The notes: a model not told the origin generated them from the sequence alone. Positions 1 to 11,472 are shown, counted from the stretch's first letter. The stretch is DNA of 64,000 nucleotides from Sumerlaeia bacterium (GCA_040219255.1 JAVJSW010000004.1:64001-128000); one strand, 5' to 3'. Program-made: numbers and translations.

Positions 1-162
1 GGTATCAAGGCCGTCTTCGTCGTGCTGACGCTCTTCGGAGCGGCCAGCCTCTGGGCCGCCATCGCGGCGGACATGGGGACGTCGCTGCTGGTGACGTTCA
101 ACGCGTTGCGCCTGTTGGGCGGCGGGGCGGAACCGGAAAAGGAAAAAGCCGATTGGCAATAG
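1..162 (+). CDS. Heavy-metal translocating P-type ATPase (CadA/ZntA-like), C-terminal end only
   Basis: Frame 1 reads GIKAVFVVLTLFGAASLWAAIAADMGTSLLVTFNALRLL...*, the typical P1B-ATPase C-terminus (ADMGxSLLVxxNALRL). Stop TAG at 160-162. Confidence 0.85.
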   Translation, partial: GIKAVFVVLTLFGAASLWAAIAADMGTSLLVTFNALRLLGGGAEPEKEKADWQ

Positions 163-215
163 GAACCCGACAGCTCATCCTGTCAAGGCATCCACTCGAC
201 GGAGATCGATCCGCC

Positions 216-641
216 ATGACCTTGCAAGACCTCGCCAACGCCGGTGACCTCGGCGGGCTGCTCTCCCTCATGAGCCGCCAGGGCCTCGCCTTCCGCGAGC
301 GCGCCCATTGGACCCAGGGCGAGTTCCATCACGACCTGCTCCTCGAACTGGAAGGCCCGCACGGTCTCTCGGGGCCCGTGGTGCTGGTCGCGACGAACTG
401 CAATGGCGCCATCAAGGAAGTGCTGAGTCTGGCGGAGATGCCGGACCGTTGGGGCCTCTGGCACGCGCGCTGCCCCGACAATCCGGAGTTCGAAGGCCCC
501 GCGCCCAAAGTTCTGGAACAATTCCGCACGGCGATCTGGTTCGATCCCTGTTTTCTTCTGCGCGACGCCACCCGCAGCGAATACCGTCCGGAATGCCGCC
601 GGCGCCAACGCGGCGGAGGCTGGGAACTGGCGGAGGAGTAA
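216..641 (+). CDS. Hypothetical protein
   Basis: ORF 153..641; likely start ATG 216 with GGAG at 201. Protein-like composition with several conserved-looking W/C residues. Confidence 0.65.
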   Translation: MTLQDLANAGDLGGLLSLMSRQGLAFRERAHWTQGEFHHDLLLELEGPHGLSGPVVLVATNCNGAIKEVLSLAEMPDRWGLWHARCPDNPEFEGPAPKVLEQFRTAIWFDPCFLLRDATRSEYRPECRRRQRGGGWELAEE

Positions 642-688
642 GCGGGGGCGCGCCGCGCGAACGGCGGAGACCCCTTTTCCAAACCGCA

Positions 689-1804
689 TTAGACGTTGAA
701 CAGAAAATGCACCACGTCGCCGTCTTTGACGACGTATTCTTTGCCTTCGACCCGCAGGCGTCCGGCGGCTTTGGCGCCCGCTTCGCCCTTGTGGGCGATG
801 TAGTCGTCGAAGGCGATGACTTCCGCACGGATGAAGCCCCGCTCGAAGTCGGTGTGGATGACCCCGGCGGCCTGGGGGGCTTTGGCGCCGATGGGAACCG
901 TCCAGGCGCGCACTTCCTTGGGCCCGGCGGTGAAGTAGCTCTGGAGGCCGAGGGCTTCGTAGCCTTTGCGGATGATCTGGTCCAGGCCCGACTCGGTGGC
1001 GCCGAGGCCTTCGAGCATTTCGGCGCGCTCGGTGTCGTCCATGCCGATCATTTCTTCCTCGATCTTGGCGCAGAGCACCACCACGGCGGCGCTGTCGCGT
1101 TCGGCGGCAAGGGCGCGGATTTCCTTCACGTGAGCGTTGTCTTCGGCAATGGAATCTTCGTCCACGTTGGCCGCGAAGATGACCGTCTTGCCCGTCAGGA
1201 AACGCATCTCGCGGTTCAGCTCGCCGTACTGTTCCTCCATGGCGGCGTTCGCCACGGGAAAGGCGGCGGCCGGTTTGCCCGCGCCCAGGTGATTGAGCAG
1301 CGCGTTGGCGGCGTCGAGCACCGGCTGGTATTTCTTGTCGGCGCGGACCTGCTTCTGGATGCGGTCCATCTTCTTTTCGAGCTGCTGGTAATCGGCCAGG
1401 ATCAGCTCGGTCTCGATGATTTCCACGTCTCCGCGCGGGTCCACGGTGCGGCCGTCCTCGCGCAGGACGTTGTCGTCCTCGAAGCAGCGCACCAGGTGCA
1501 CGATGGCGTCGGTGTCGCGGATGTTGGCGAGGAACTGATTGCCTAGGCCGGCGCCCTCGCTGGCGCCCTTGACGAGCCCCGCGATATCCACGAACTCAAC
1601 GGTCGAAGGCAGGATTTGCTTAGGCTTGGCGATGTTTGCCAACTGCTGGAGCCGCCCGTCGGGCACCGTCACGATGGCCTTGTTGGGCTCGATGGTGCAG
1701 AACGGATAGTTGGCCGCCTGGGCGTTGGCGGCCTTGGTCAAGGCATTGAAAGTGGTGGACTTGCCCACGTTGGGAAGGCCAACGATGCCGACGCTGAGAC
1801 TCAT
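689..1804 (-). CDS. ychF: Redox-regulated Obg-like ATPase YchF
   Basis: [47 protein letters not shown]-terminus [12 protein letters not shown]. Start MSLSVG at 1804. Confidence 0.97.
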   Translation of the reverse strand: MSLSVGIVGLPNVGKSTTFNALTKAANAQAANYPFCTIEPNKAIVTVPDGRLQQLANIAKPKQILPSTVEFVDIAGLVKGASEGAGLGNQFLANIRDTDAIVHLVRCFEDDNVLREDGRTVDPRGDVEIIETELILADYQQLEKKMDRIQKQVRADKKYQPVLDAANALLNHLGAGKPAAAFPVANAAMEEQYGELNREMRFLTGKTVIFAANVDEDSIAEDNAHVKEIRALAAERDSAAVVVLCAKIEEEMIGMDDTERAEMLEGLGATESGLDQIIRKGYEALGLQSYFTAGPKEVRAWTVPIGAKAPQAAGVIHTDFERGFIRAEVIAFDDYIAHKGEAGAKAAGRLRVEGKEYVVKDGDVVHFLFNV

Positions 1805-1939
1805 GGGGAGGGGGCTCCTGGGGGACGCTGAGAACGAGGCCGCGGCGGGCCGGGGGCCCTCCGCAAGCGCCGCGCACCCAAGCACAGGCCGCTGCGGGAA
1901 GTCCAGCCCGTTAACCGCCTCCGGGAGTCATCGCCGCGA

Positions 1940-2761
1940 TCACGACGACGCCGAGGCGTAGGCCCTCAATCCCATGCGCCAGAACCCCACCAGCACCGCG
2001 TACGTCCCCACCAGCACCACCGCCATGTGCGCCAGCGTGAGCGCGTCGTATCCATCGAAGAGCATGTGCGCGGGCACCGAGACGAGGAACGCGAGGGGCA
2101 GAACGGAGAGCAGAATCCGGCGCATCCAGGGCAGGAAAATCTGATGCGGCATTTCGGCGTATTTGTGCACTTGAAAGAAAATCTCGCGCAGACCGGCGCT
2201 GTTGTGCAGCCAGAACGTCGGGATCATCAGGAGGAAGTTCACCGCCGCCACAATCAACACCCCCACGCAAATCAGCGCCACATAGCCCGCGATGGCGGCG
2301 AGACCGAGGGGCTCGGGATAGACCGCCAACGCCCAGATGAGGATGCCGCTGGCGATGACCAGATTCACGAAACTGTTCGCCGCCACATCCCGCGTCATCA
2401 GGAAGAACAACGGCGACACCGGCCGCGTCAGGTAATAATCCAGGTCGCCCCGGTTGATAAAGATCGGAAACCACCACGAATTGTTCGCGAACACCGTCAT
2501 CGTCACCGCGTCGGCGAACAGATAGCCCGCCACGAAGATGAGAATCTGTGGTTCGGTCCACCCGCCGATCACGGCGAAGCGCGCGTAGAGCAGCTTCCAG
2601 AACCCCAACTGCACCGCGTAGAACGTCAGGTCCATGAAGATGCGAAAGGTGAAATCGACCCGGAACTCCATCGCCCGGCTGAAACCAAACCGGACGAACG
2701 CGAGATAGAGGCGGAGGTAGCGGGCAATGCGGTCGTGCAACGTCCACGGGACAACGTTCAA
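1940..2761 (-). CDS. ABC-2 family (DUF990-like) transporter permease
   Basis: About 6 TM segments; MEFRVDF, IGGWT, GDLDYYLTRPVSPLF motifs. Confidence 0.85.
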   Translation of the reverse strand: MNVVPWTLHDRIARYLRLYLAFVRFGFSRAMEFRVDFTFRIFMDLTFYAVQLGFWKLLYARFAVIGGWTEPQILIFVAGYLFADAVTMTVFANNSWWFPIFINRGDLDYYLTRPVSPLFFLMTRDVAANSFVNLVIASGILIWALAVYPEPLGLAAIAGYVALICVGVLIVAAVNFLLMIPTFWLHNSAGLREIFFQVHKYAEMPHQIFLPWMRRILLSVLPLAFLVSVPAHMLFDGYDALTLAHMAVVLVGTYAVLVGFWRMGLRAYASASS

Positions 2762-2845
2762 CGTTCGCTCCCCCGGAATCGAAGGGAATGGATCTCGGCC
2801 CTTGCGCTGCCCTTTGTAAGTCGCACGTTGAACGCCGCTTAGCGG

Positions 2846-3778
2846 CTACCCCCGCTTCTGCGCCACAATCAAATCCGCCAGCATCCCCACCGCCAGCACT
2901 AGCACGCCAACGCAGATCAGAATGATGTCAGACTCTTCCAGGGTGTGCTTTGGCCCGATGATGTTGAAGAGGCCCTTGACAATCCCGGCAATCAGCAGAA
3001 ACGCGGCGGCCGGCAGGAAAACCCGCAGCGGGGCGAAGTATGTCACCATCCGGATCACGGTCGAGAAGTAGTTCGCCGTGTCCTTGACCGGGTGGAATTT
3101 CGATTTGCCGATGCGTTTGTGGTACTCGCTCGAGACGTACTTGACCGGATGGCCGTTGCAGAGAAACGCCAGCGTCATCGTCGTGACGCAGGAAAACCCG
3201 TTCGGCAGCACCCAGAGGTACTTCATCATCACGTCGCGCTTGAAGGCCTTGAGCCCCGTGTTCAGGTCCGGGATGTGGCGCCCGGCCAAGTAACAGGCGA
3301 GTTTTCTGATCGCCCATTTGGCGGGAACGCGCAGAAGCTTATGGGTGCCCTGCTCGCTGGTGCGGGCGCCGTTGACCTGATCGTAGTCGGGGAAGAACTC
3401 CAGCATCTTCGGGATGTCGGGCGCGTTGTAGGTGCCGTCGGCGTCGAGCATGACAATGATTTCGCCGCGGGCTTCGATGGTGCCGGTGCGGCGGCTGGCG
3501 CCGGACCCCCGGTTGACCGGGTGCTTCACGATGCGGACGCCGCACTTCTCCAGGCGCTCCACCGTGCGGTCCTTGGACTTATCGTCCACCGCCAGGATCT
3601 CGAATTTCCAGCGGGTGCCTTCCATCGCCGCCCGGATGTCGCCGATGACCTTAGGAATCGCCTTTTCTTCGTTGTAACAGGGCAACACCACACTGACGTC
3701 CACCGGGCCGTCGTAGCTTTCATTGGAAGCGGGCACGGTGGCGGAGGGTTTGTTGGGAGCGGCGGAGTCGTCGGACAT
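2846..3778 (-). CDS. Glycosyltransferase family 2 (DPM1-like) with C-terminal TM helices
   Basis: SVVLPCYNEE, VDDKSKD, MLDADG, DLNTGLKAF, R-x-GKSKF. Confidence 0.92.
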   Translation of the reverse strand: MSDDSAAPNKPSATVPASNESYDGPVDVSVVLPCYNEEKAIPKVIGDIRAAMEGTRWKFEILAVDDKSKDRTVERLEKCGVRIVKHPVNRGSGASRRTGTIEARGEIIVMLDADGTYNAPDIPKMLEFFPDYDQVNGARTSEQGTHKLLRVPAKWAIRKLACYLAGRHIPDLNTGLKAFKRDVMMKYLWVLPNGFSCVTTMTLAFLCNGHPVKYVSSEYHKRIGKSKFHPVKDTANYFSTVIRMVTYFAPLRVFLPAAAFLLIAGIVKGLFNIIGPKHTLEESDIILICVGVLVLAVGMLADLIVAQKRG

Positions 3779-3948
3779 GATCGGAACGGGCTTTCCTCAG
3801 CGGAGCGAATCGAGGCGCGACGGTTAGCCCACAGCGGCCCGCAGGGGCAAACCGAAAGGGAGGCTCCCCTCCTCCGTTGACGCCCGCCCCCCTGGGGCGG
3901 TCTAGCTGGGACCTGACGAGATTTTCCCGCCACCGATTGCCCGCACCT

Positions 3949-5241
3949 ATGTCCTCCTCTACCCCCGCCGCGCCGCGTGTGCGCGTGATTTCCACCGGTT
4001 CCGAAATCACCCAGGGGCTCTACGCCGACACGAACGCGATGGAGATCTCACGCATCCTGCGCGATTACGGCTTTCGCGTCATCGGCCACGAAGCCGCGCC
4101 GGATGACGCTTCGGCCATCCGCCGCGCCATCCGGGCGTCCTTCGGCGGGGTCTGCGACCTGGTGATTATCACGGGGGGCCTGGGGCCGACGGAGGACGAC
4201 CTGAATCGCGAGATCATCGCCGACCTGTGGGGGGTCGGTCTGCACCGGGTTCACCGCGCGGTGGCCCAGATGCGCGAGCGTTTCGCCAAGCGGGGCCGGG
4301 AAATGCCCGAGCGGAACCTGAAGCAGGCGGACGTGCCCGATGGCTCGACGATTCTGCTGAACCATTTCGGGACGGCCTGTTGCTTTTTGTTGCCGGCGGG
4401 AGACGGCCGCCCAGCGCTGCTGGCGCTGCCAGGAGTGCCGCGCGAATGGCGCGCGATGATGGACCGCTATTTCGAACGCGCCGTGCTACCCCTGTTCCCC
4501 AGTCGGCCCCTGACGCGGCTGACGACGCTGCACCTGGCGATGGTGCCGGAATCGGAGATCAACGAACGCATCCGCGACCTGTTCAACCGCGATCCAAACC
4601 TGGACTACACGATCCTGGCCAGCAGCGGCGTGATCCGGGTGCGGGTCCTGGCGCACGGGGCCACGGCGGAGGAATGCGAGGCCCGGCTGGCGGAGGCGGT
4701 GGCGGCGGTGCGGCCGCGTCTGCCCGAGGACGCGCTCTTTGGCGAAGGGCCGGACCGGCTGACGCTGGAGGAGGCGGTGGTCGAAGCCTTCGCCCGGGCG
4801 GGCAAGACGTTGGCCACGGCGGAAAGCTGCACCGGGGGCGGGCTGGCAAAGCGCCTGACGGACATCGCGGGGGCGAGCGCGGTGCTCCGCGAGGGCGCCG
4901 TGACCTACAGCAACGAGGCGAAAATGCGGGCCCTGAAGGTGAGCGTGGAAACCCTGGCGAGCCACGGCGCGGTGAGCGAGCCCTGTGTCCGTGAAATGGC
5001 CCGCGGTATCCGTGAAGTCTCGCGCGCCGACGTCGGCATCTCCGTCAGCGGCATCGCCGGCCCGGGCGGCGGCACGGCGGACAAACCGGTGGGGACGGTG
5101 TGGTTCGGCATCGCAGACCGGGACCATGTGGCGGCGGTGCACCGGTTGATGCCGGGCGACCGCGAGTCGGTGCGCTACTGGAGCGAGAACGTGGCGCTGG
5201 ATCTGTTGCGCCGGTGGGTGACGCAGCTGGCGATCAGTTAG
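3949..5241 (+). CDS. cinA: Competence/damage-inducible protein CinA (MoCF-biosynthesis-like domain + NMN deamidase PncC domain)
   Basis: STGSEI, GGLGPTEDD, LPGVPRE, AESCTGG, YSNEAK, GAVSE, SGIAGPGGG..KPVGTV. Confidence 0.95.
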   Translation: MSSSTPAAPRVRVISTGSEITQGLYADTNAMEISRILRDYGFRVIGHEAAPDDASAIRRAIRASFGGVCDLVIITGGLGPTEDDLNREIIADLWGVGLHRVHRAVAQMRERFAKRGREMPERNLKQADVPDGSTILLNHFGTACCFLLPAGDGRPALLALPGVPREWRAMMDRYFERAVLPLFPSRPLTRLTTLHLAMVPESEINERIRDLFNRDPNLDYTILASSGVIRVRVLAHGATAEECEARLAEAVAAVRPRLPEDALFGEGPDRLTLEEAVVEAFARAGKTLATAESCTGGGLAKRLTDIAGASAVLREGAVTYSNEAKMRALKVSVETLASHGAVSEPCVREMARGIREVSRADVGISVSGIAGPGGGTADKPVGTVWFGIADRDHVAAVHRLMPGDRESVRYWSENVALDLLRRWVTQLAIS

Positions 5242-5368
5242 AAAGTAGGGAAAACTGTCCCGAAACTTGCGATTTCCCTTGAATGAGGCGTGGCGTGGGT
5301 CATCTGGTGCCCCAGACTTGCCATAGCCCGATTTGCGAACGGGCAAACCATCACTTCGAGGAACGATC

Positions 5369-6208
5369 GTGTCGGGGAAAACGCGCGGAAAAATTGTCGG
5401 CTTCGGCCAGCTATTCGCCGCCTTCGCGCTGCTGATCGCGTTGGCCGCGGCGCCGCATTTCCGCAAAAGCGCCAGCGACTCCAGCCCTCGCGGCAAATCC
5501 ACAGCCAACAGTCTGGCGGGCCGGGAAGAACTGCACCCGCCCTTCAGTCTGACCGATTGCGAATACCTGCTGGGCCTAGCCGCCACGGAAGTGGAAGGCA
5601 ATCCCGAGGCCACGGATAAGGACCCCAGAGCCCTCCTGACGTCGGTTCGCAGCTACCTGACGCACCGGGACGACATTTACTCCACACTGTTCCATTACAA
5701 CTGGGAGCGCATCGGCCGCGAACGCGTCGCCGAAGGCGTGATGGATACAGACGAATTCAGCTTCTACGGTGAAGACGTGCCGGCGGCGGTGAACGCCCTA
5801 TCCATCGAAATCCGCAACGCCGACGCCTACCTGTTCGCGATGCAGGTTTGGGACGCGGATAACCCGGAGCAGAAAATTCTGGATCTGAAGTTCGACGACG
5901 ATCCGCTGCTGCTGCGCCACAGCCTGCCGCGCCGCGAGGTGTTCCACCTGTGGCGCCCGGCCCGCATCGGCAAAATCGGTCTGGCCTATGCCCGCACCGA
6001 GCAGGGCAGCGGCCCGGACCGCGAGCCCAAGGTGGTGGTCTATGCCGGCCGCACGGAGCGGCCCGAGCACGGCAAATCGGCGATCTTCTTCATTGAGCAG
6101 GCGGAAAACCAGCTCAGCCAAGAAAACGAGGAAGCGGCACGCCGAAGTATTGTCCTGGCGCAGGAAGCCATCGCCAAGTTCCGGCAGACACGCCGCAACG
6201 CCAACTGA
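5369..6208 (+). CDS. Hypothetical membrane-anchored or exported protein
   Basis: Long ORF with high-GC codon usage and an N-terminal hydrophobic helix. Likely start GTG 5369 after GAGGA; ORF track start is 5333. Confidence 0.7.
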   Translation: MSGKTRGKIVGFGQLFAAFALLIALAAAPHFRKSASDSSPRGKSTANSLAGREELHPPFSLTDCEYLLGLAATEVEGNPEATDKDPRALLTSVRSYLTHRDDIYSTLFHYNWERIGRERVAEGVMDTDEFSFYGEDVPAAVNALSIEIRNADAYLFAMQVWDADNPEQKILDLKFDDDPLLLRHSLPRREVFHLWRPARIGKIGLAYARTEQGSGPDREPKVVVYAGRTERPEHGKSAIFFIEQAENQLSQENEEAARRSIVLAQEAIAKFRQTRRNAN

Positions 6209-6449
6209 TCCAGTCTTCCCGCCTCGCGCCCCAGACCCCGGCTGATCCAACCTGGGCCGCCCTTTTGACCCCTACCGATTGAAGCCAGCTTGAGGATTCC
6301 GCTAGTGGACGCGGACCGGCGTGCCCTTTGATTGGGGCTGTTCACAGCCGAAAACAGCCTCCCTGCGGAGGCGTGTCAGTAGATGTCCGCCCGCGAGCGG
6401 AACACCATTGGCTTCGAATTTTCCAACCCATCCTGGAGTTCTTCCCGTT

Positions 6450-7724
6450 ATGAACCGTACCATGACCGTCATTCTCGGGGGCGGGGCTGGCAGCCGCCTC
6501 TTCCCCCTGACGAAATTCCGCGCCAAACCGGCGGTGCCGCTGGCGGGGAAGTATCGCCTGATTGACGTTGCCATCAGCAACTGCATCAACAGCGGTTTGC
6601 ATCACATCTTCGTCCTGACGCAATACTTGTCCGCATCGCTAAACCGTCATATCGCGCAGACGTACGGATTCGATATTTTTCGCAATGGCTTTGTGGAAGT
6701 CCTCGCCGCCGAGCAAACCAACGAAGGAGGCAAGTGGTTCCAGGGCACCGCCGACGCCATCCGTCAGCATTACAACACCATGGAGCAGTTCGACAAGGAC
6801 CTGGTGCTGGTGCTGCCGGGCGATGCGCTCTACGCGATGGATTACCGGCCCCTGATCGAGCAGCACCGCCGGTCCGGCTCGGAAATCACCATCGCCGTCA
6901 ACACCGTGCCGCGCAACGTAGCGCATCACTTCGGGCTCTTGGCACTCGACAAGGACGGCACCATCAAGGAGTTCCGCGAGAAGCCCAAGACGCGCGAAGC
7001 CCAGGCGGGCATCGAAGCGCCCCAGGAAATCCTCCAGGCCTTCGGCATCCAGGCTCCGGCCGGCGACACCTTCCTGGCCAGTATGGGCGTCTATCTGTTC
7101 AACCGGTCGGTGCTGGAGAAATACCTCAACGAGACCGAGTTCGACGACTTCGGCAAGCAGATCATCCCCGCCGCGATCTCCGAGCACAAAACCAAGGGCT
7201 TCGTTTTCCCCGGCTATTGGGAAGACATCGGCACCATCCGCGCCTTCTACGACGCGCACATGATGCTGCTGGAGGACACGCCGCGCTTCAACTTCGTCAC
7301 GCCGACGAACCCGGTGTTCACCCGGCCTCGCAACCTGCCGATGATCCACGCCACGTCTTGCTCGATCGAGCGCGCCCTCATCGCGCCGGGCAGCCGGCTG
7401 GAGGGTGGCGTCGTGAAGAATTCCGTCATCGGCCTGCGCGCCACCATCTTCAAGGGCGCCAAGGTTCATGACAGTGTGCTGATGGGCGCGGATTATTACG
7501 AGAATGAAATGCCGGCCCATCTGCACGGAGAAATCCCCATCGGCATCGGCGAAGGCAGCCTGGTCAAGGGCGCCATCGTCGATAAGAACGCCCGCATCGG
7601 CAAGAACGTGGTCATCGCCAACGAGAAGGGCGTGATGGAAGAAATGAACGACACCTACTGCATCCGCGACGGGATCGTGATTATCCCGAAGAACGCGGTG
7701 ATTCCCGATGGAACGGTGATCTGA
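6450..7724 (+). CDS. glgC: Glucose-1-phosphate adenylyltransferase
   Basis: [45 protein letters not shown]-terminal hexapeptide repeats. Confidence 0.97.
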   Translation: MNRTMTVILGGGAGSRLFPLTKFRAKPAVPLAGKYRLIDVAISNCINSGLHHIFVLTQYLSASLNRHIAQTYGFDIFRNGFVEVLAAEQTNEGGKWFQGTADAIRQHYNTMEQFDKDLVLVLPGDALYAMDYRPLIEQHRRSGSEITIAVNTVPRNVAHHFGLLALDKDGTIKEFREKPKTREAQAGIEAPQEILQAFGIQAPAGDTFLASMGVYLFNRSVLEKYLNETEFDDFGKQIIPAAISEHKTKGFVFPGYWEDIGTIRAFYDAHMMLLEDTPRFNFVTPTNPVFTRPRNLPMIHATSCSIERALIAPGSRLEGGVVKNSVIGLRATIFKGAKVHDSVLMGADYYENEMPAHLHGEIPIGIGEGSLVKGAIVDKNARIGKNVVIANEKGVMEEMNDTYCIRDGIVIIPKNAVIPDGTVI

Positions 7725-7759
7725 GCGGAGGTTCGGTCTGGCGTCGGCCGGGGTTTGGG

Positions 7760-8167
7760 TCAGGCCTTTGCCTTCAACAAATCACGGATTTCCGTCAGCA
7801 GCTTTTCTTCCACCGAGGGTTCGGCGGCTTTCGCCTCCTCCACCACTTCTTCCTTCCGCTTCATGGAATTCATGACCTTGACGACGACGAAGATGGCGGC
7901 GGCCACGATCAGGAAATCGAGAACCGTTTGAAAGAATTGGCCGTAGTTGATGGTGACGGCTTCCACTTCTTCGGTGGCAGCCTTGAGCACGATGGCCAGT
8001 TCCTTGAAATCGGCTCCGCCAATCGCGAGGCCCAGTGGCGGCATGATGATATCGGCCACCAGGGACGACACGATTTTGCCGAACGCGGCGCCGATGACTA
8101 GACCGACGGCCAGATCGACGACGTTTCCGCGCATGGCGAATTCTTTGAATTCTTTGACAATCTTCAT
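7760..8167 (-). CDS. mscL: Large-conductance mechanosensitive channel
   Basis: [17 protein letters not shown]...LLTEIRDLL. Confidence 0.98.
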   Translation of the reverse strand: MKIVKEFKEFAMRGNVVDLAVGLVIGAAFGKIVSSLVADIIMPPLGLAIGGADFKELAIVLKAATEEVEAVTINYGQFFQTVLDFLIVAAAIFVVVKVMNSMKRKEEVVEEAKAAEPSVEEKLLTEIRDLLKAKA

Positions 8168-8203
8168 GGAGTTGCTCCTCCGAAACATGGCCATGAATAG
8201 ATG

Positions 8204-8232
8204 AAAAGGCCCCGGCGAAGTCACCAGGGCCC
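8204..8232 (-). terminator. Intrinsic terminator after murA
   Basis: Minus strand GGCCCTGGTGA-CT-TCGCCGGGGCC followed by TTTT. Confidence 0.6.
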
Positions 8233-8276
8233 GTGTCATATCCGCTCTCTGACTGTGTCTTCAGGCTCCAACCGCC

Positions 8277-9746
8277 CTAGAACCGCGTTTCCGTCTCCGT
8301 CAGATCGATGGCGCGGCTCAGCGGCGTGAACATCGACTGCACCGAGGGCATGAGCACCGCTTCTTCGCTCTCGAAGGGGCTGGCCGGTGGCCCGGCGACG
8401 ACGGCGGGGTCGACGGGGGTTTCTTCGACGCGGCGGATGTTGGCGCCGAGAGCGGCGAGTTTGCGCTCGAAGGCTTCGTAGCCGCGCTCGACGTGATAGA
8501 TGCGGCGGATTTGGCTCTCGCCATTGGCGGCGAGAGCCGCGCAGACCAGCGCCGCGCCGGCGCGCAGGTCGCTCGCCATGACGGCGGCACCTTCGTAGCG
8601 CGGTACGCCGTCGATGTGGACACCGTTGCCGCCGCGGGCCATGCGGGCGCCAAGGCGATTGAATTCTTCTACGTGCATAAAGCGATCCGGGTAGATGGTT
8701 TCCACCACCTGGCTGTTGCCCGGCGTGACGCCCAGGAGCGCCACCAGCATCGGCTGGGCGTCGGTGGGAAAGCCGGGGTAGGGCTCGGTGACGAGGCGCA
8801 TCGGCATGCGCGTGCTGTCGTCCGGGCGGTAAATGCGGAAGCTGTCGGTGCCGATGTGCTCGACTTCGGCACCCCAGCGGCGCAGTGCCCAAAGCGTGGC
8901 GGTCATGTGCGCGGGCTCGACGTTCTGCAAAACGATGTCGCCGCCGGTGATCAGGCCGGCGATGGCGAAGGTCGCGGCTTCGATGCGGTCGGGGATGACG
9001 CGCCAGGTAATGCCGCGCAGGCGCTCGACGCCGTCGACCAGCAGGGTGGAGGACCCGATGCCGTCGATGCTGGCGCCCATGGCGTTGAGGAAATGGCAAA
9101 GCTCCTGCACTTCGGGCTCGCGGGCGGCGTCGCGGATGACCGTTTTGCCCTTAGCCAGAGCGGCGGCCATGACCACGTTGCAGGTGGCGCCGACGCTGGG
9201 GCCGGTTTCCCCGGCGAGGCTGAAGTCAGCGCCGGTGAGCCCGTTGTGGCGGGCGTGGACGTAGCCCTTGCGCTCGACCATCTCGACGCCCAGAGCGCGG
9301 AAGCCACGCAGGTGCAGATCGATGGGGCGGGCGCCGATGTTACAGCCGCCGGGCTTGCTGACCGCCGCCTTGCCCAGGCGGGAAATCATGGGGCCGAAGG
9401 CGTACATGGACGCGCGCATCTTGCGCATCATCTCGTAAGGCACCCAGTCCGTGTCGAACCCGGTGGAATCGATCATGAGGCGGTTGTTCTTGAAGATAAC
9501 ACGCGCGCCGAGGTGCTCGAGGAGCGAAATCATCGACCGAATGTCGCGCAGGTCGGGCACGTTTTCCAGCACCGTGGTGCCGTTGGCCAGCATGGCCGCG
9601 CACATCAGAGGAAGGCAGGCGTTCTTCGATCCGCTGATGCGAACCGTGCCGCGCAGCGGCCGGCCGCCTTCAACGACGTACATTTGCAGGTTGGTCTTGG
9701 CGCCCTGGGGGCGAGGAGAGACGGACTCGGACTTCAGCGGCAGCAT
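8277..9746 (-). CDS. murA: UDP-N-acetylglucosamine 1-carboxyvinyltransferase
   Basis: ISGSKNA, MRAS, PGGCNIGARPIDLH (catalytic Cys), PDRIEA, YPGFPTDAQ, DLRAGAAL. Start uncertain (9746 or 9683). Confidence 0.96.
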   Translation of the reverse strand: MLPLKSESVSPRPQGAKTNLQMYVVEGGRPLRGTVRISGSKNACLPLMCAAMLANGTTVLENVPDLRDIRSMISLLEHLGARVIFKNNRLMIDSTGFDTDWVPYEMMRKMRASMYAFGPMISRLGKAAVSKPGGCNIGARPIDLHLRGFRALGVEMVERKGYVHARHNGLTGADFSLAGETGPSVGATCNVVMAAALAKGKTVIRDAAREPEVQELCHFLNAMGASIDGIGSSTLLVDGVERLRGITWRVIPDRIEAATFAIAGLITGGDIVLQNVEPAHMTATLWALRRWGAEVEHIGTDSFRIYRPDDSTRMPMRLVTEPYPGFPTDAQPMLVALLGVTPGNSQVVETIYPDRFMHVEEFNRLGARMARGGNGVHIDGVPRYEGAAVMASDLRAGAALVCAALAANGESQIRRIYHVERGYEAFERKLAALGANIRRVEETPVDPAVVAGPPASPFESEEAVLMPSVQSMFTPLSRAIDLTETETRF

Positions 9747-10001
9747 GGAACGGGTACCTCGGGAAGGGAATGGGGGGCGGTGGGGCCGCTTTCCCCACCG
9801 CGAATCGCCCGATTCATGAAACGCTTCATGAAAACCCACCGAGCTGCTGGACAGAGAAAACCCTGGCGGGAGGGGGCAATTTGAGGGAGCCCATCGCGTC
9901 AGGCATAAGACTGTCAAGTTTTAGAATCGGAGCCCGCGGGAAAGAATATGGATCGGGAACTTCCGCTTTGACGCCCGGCAAAATCTGGACAAAAGCTGAG
10001 T

Positions 10002-10030
10002 TTGACTAGACTTGTTGAGCGCCCTACTTT
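10002..10030 (+). promoter_or_regulatory. Sigma70-like promoter
   Basis: TTGACT-17 bp-TACTTT, about 55 bp upstream of the TPR gene. Confidence 0.5.
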
Positions 10031-10083
10031 CCTATGGTTCGCCTTTCGCGAGGTAATCCACGATTGGGCCGAGGAGCAATAGG

Positions 10084-11472
10084 ATGGATTCGGCGCGATT
10101 GACTCAAAAGATCGGGGACAGGAAATTGATGGACCATCGTGGCCAAGACCCTCTCGCTTCGTTATTACAACTGATGTCGAGCGCCGAGTACGCTGCGGCG
10201 AAGGCGGAACTTGCCGCCCTCGATCGAACCCATCTGTCCCTCGAAGACTGCGGGCGCCTGCTGGCGCTGGAGGCCAAGTGCCGCGAGCGTCTCGGCGGCA
10301 AAGGGGACTTGCAGCGCTTTCTCCAGGGCCTGACGACGTTCTACGGAAAGTCGCCCCGCCTCATGCACGGAGCGGGCCGCATGCTGTGCGACCTGGGCGA
10401 ATACCTTCAGGCCGAAATCGTTCTGCGGCGGGTTATCTCTATCGATCCGGAGTCGGCATCGCCCTACTTCAACTTGGCGCTCACGCTGGAACGGTCGGAG
10501 CGATTCGAAGACGCCATCGAGGCCTATGTGAGTTCGGCCCGCCGCGAGAAGGCGGTGATGCACTCCTGGTGCGGCGCGGCGCGATGCCAACTCGAACTGG
10601 GCCAATTGGAGGACGCGGCCGATTCCTATCGCCGTTGTCTGGAATCGGACCCGGGCCAGACCTCGATCTGGGTTTCCTACGCGGAAGTGCTCGCGGACCT
10701 GGGCAAGGTGGATGAAGCGACCATGGCCTATCGGCAGGCGGAGGGCCTGGACGTGATGGAGCATGGCGTGCCGTCTGCCAACCTGCTGTACAGCCGGGCC
10801 TGTACCTCGCTCGGGTTCCGTGCGGAGGGTGAGTTTGAGGAATGCCGGCGGATGCTGGTGGAACGGCATCCCGGCGACTGGCGCAGCGCCATGGTGGAAG
10901 CCCTCCAGTGCCAGGAGGAGAAGCAGCCGGTAGTTGGCTGGCATCATTGTCAGGAAGCATGCCGCCGCGCGGTGGCCAGCGGCAACGCGGCGGACGCGGA
11001 GAAGGCCATCCTGGCTAGCCTGCGTTACGCTCAGCGCCAGAACCTGCGCGACAGCATGACTGAATTCACGCAGTGGCTTTGCGAAGCCGAGTTGTTCAGC
11101 ACCAACATCCTCGACGCCATGCGCTCGGTCTTCGGCACCTACAAGGACAACGCCATCGATTACTTCGTCCTGGTGAACGGCTCTTCTCAGCAGTGCTCTC
11201 CCCCGCCGGGGGAGACGCCGCCCCCGCAGGTGCGTGGCAACTACCGCTACCTGCGCGGCTACCGTGTTTACGAAGAATCGGCCCAACTCGCCACGGAGGA
11301 GGCGATCCGATTCGAGGGGCTTTGCGGCGGACAGAACCTGCGATTCGACAACGTGGCGGCTCTCGCCGATCCTCAGCCCGAATACACCGGGGTCTGGTGG
11401 CGCGCCGAGGACCCGGTGTGGTACGCGGTGCAATCGACGGACACGGAGCCGGACATCACCTCTGGGAATTAA
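10084..11472 (+). CDS. Tetratricopeptide repeat protein
   Basis: Tandem TPR-like helices (YFNLALTLERSERFEDAIEAY; LGQLEDAADSYRRCLESDP). GAGGAG RBS upstream. Confidence 0.85.
   Translation: MDSARLTQKIGDRKLMDHRGQDPLASLLQLMSSAEYAAAKAELAALDRTHLSLEDCGRLLALEAKCRERLGGKGDLQRFLQGLTTFYGKSPRLMHGAGRMLCDLGEYLQAEIVLRRVISIDPESASPYFNLALTLERSERFEDAIEAYVSSARREKAVMHSWCGAARCQLELGQLEDAADSYRRCLESDPGQTSIWVSYAEVLADLGKVDEATMAYRQAEGLDVMEHGVPSANLLYSRACTSLGFRAEGEFEECRRMLVERHPGDWRSAMVEALQCQEEKQPVVGWHHCQEACRRAVASGNAADAEKAILASLRYAQRQNLRDSMTEFTQWLCEAELFSTNILDAMRSVFGTYKDNAIDYFVLVNGSSQQCSPPPGETPPPQVRGNYRYLRGYRVYEESAQLATEEAIRFEGLCGGQNLRFDNVAALADPQPEYTGVWWRAEDPVWYAVQSTDTEPDITSGN

Noticed and set aside
3838-3875. GGCAAACCGAAAGGG resembling the start of a c-di-GMP-I riboswitch
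   Set aside because: The P1 stem is too short, and the downstream GACGCAAAG and P2 elements are absent.
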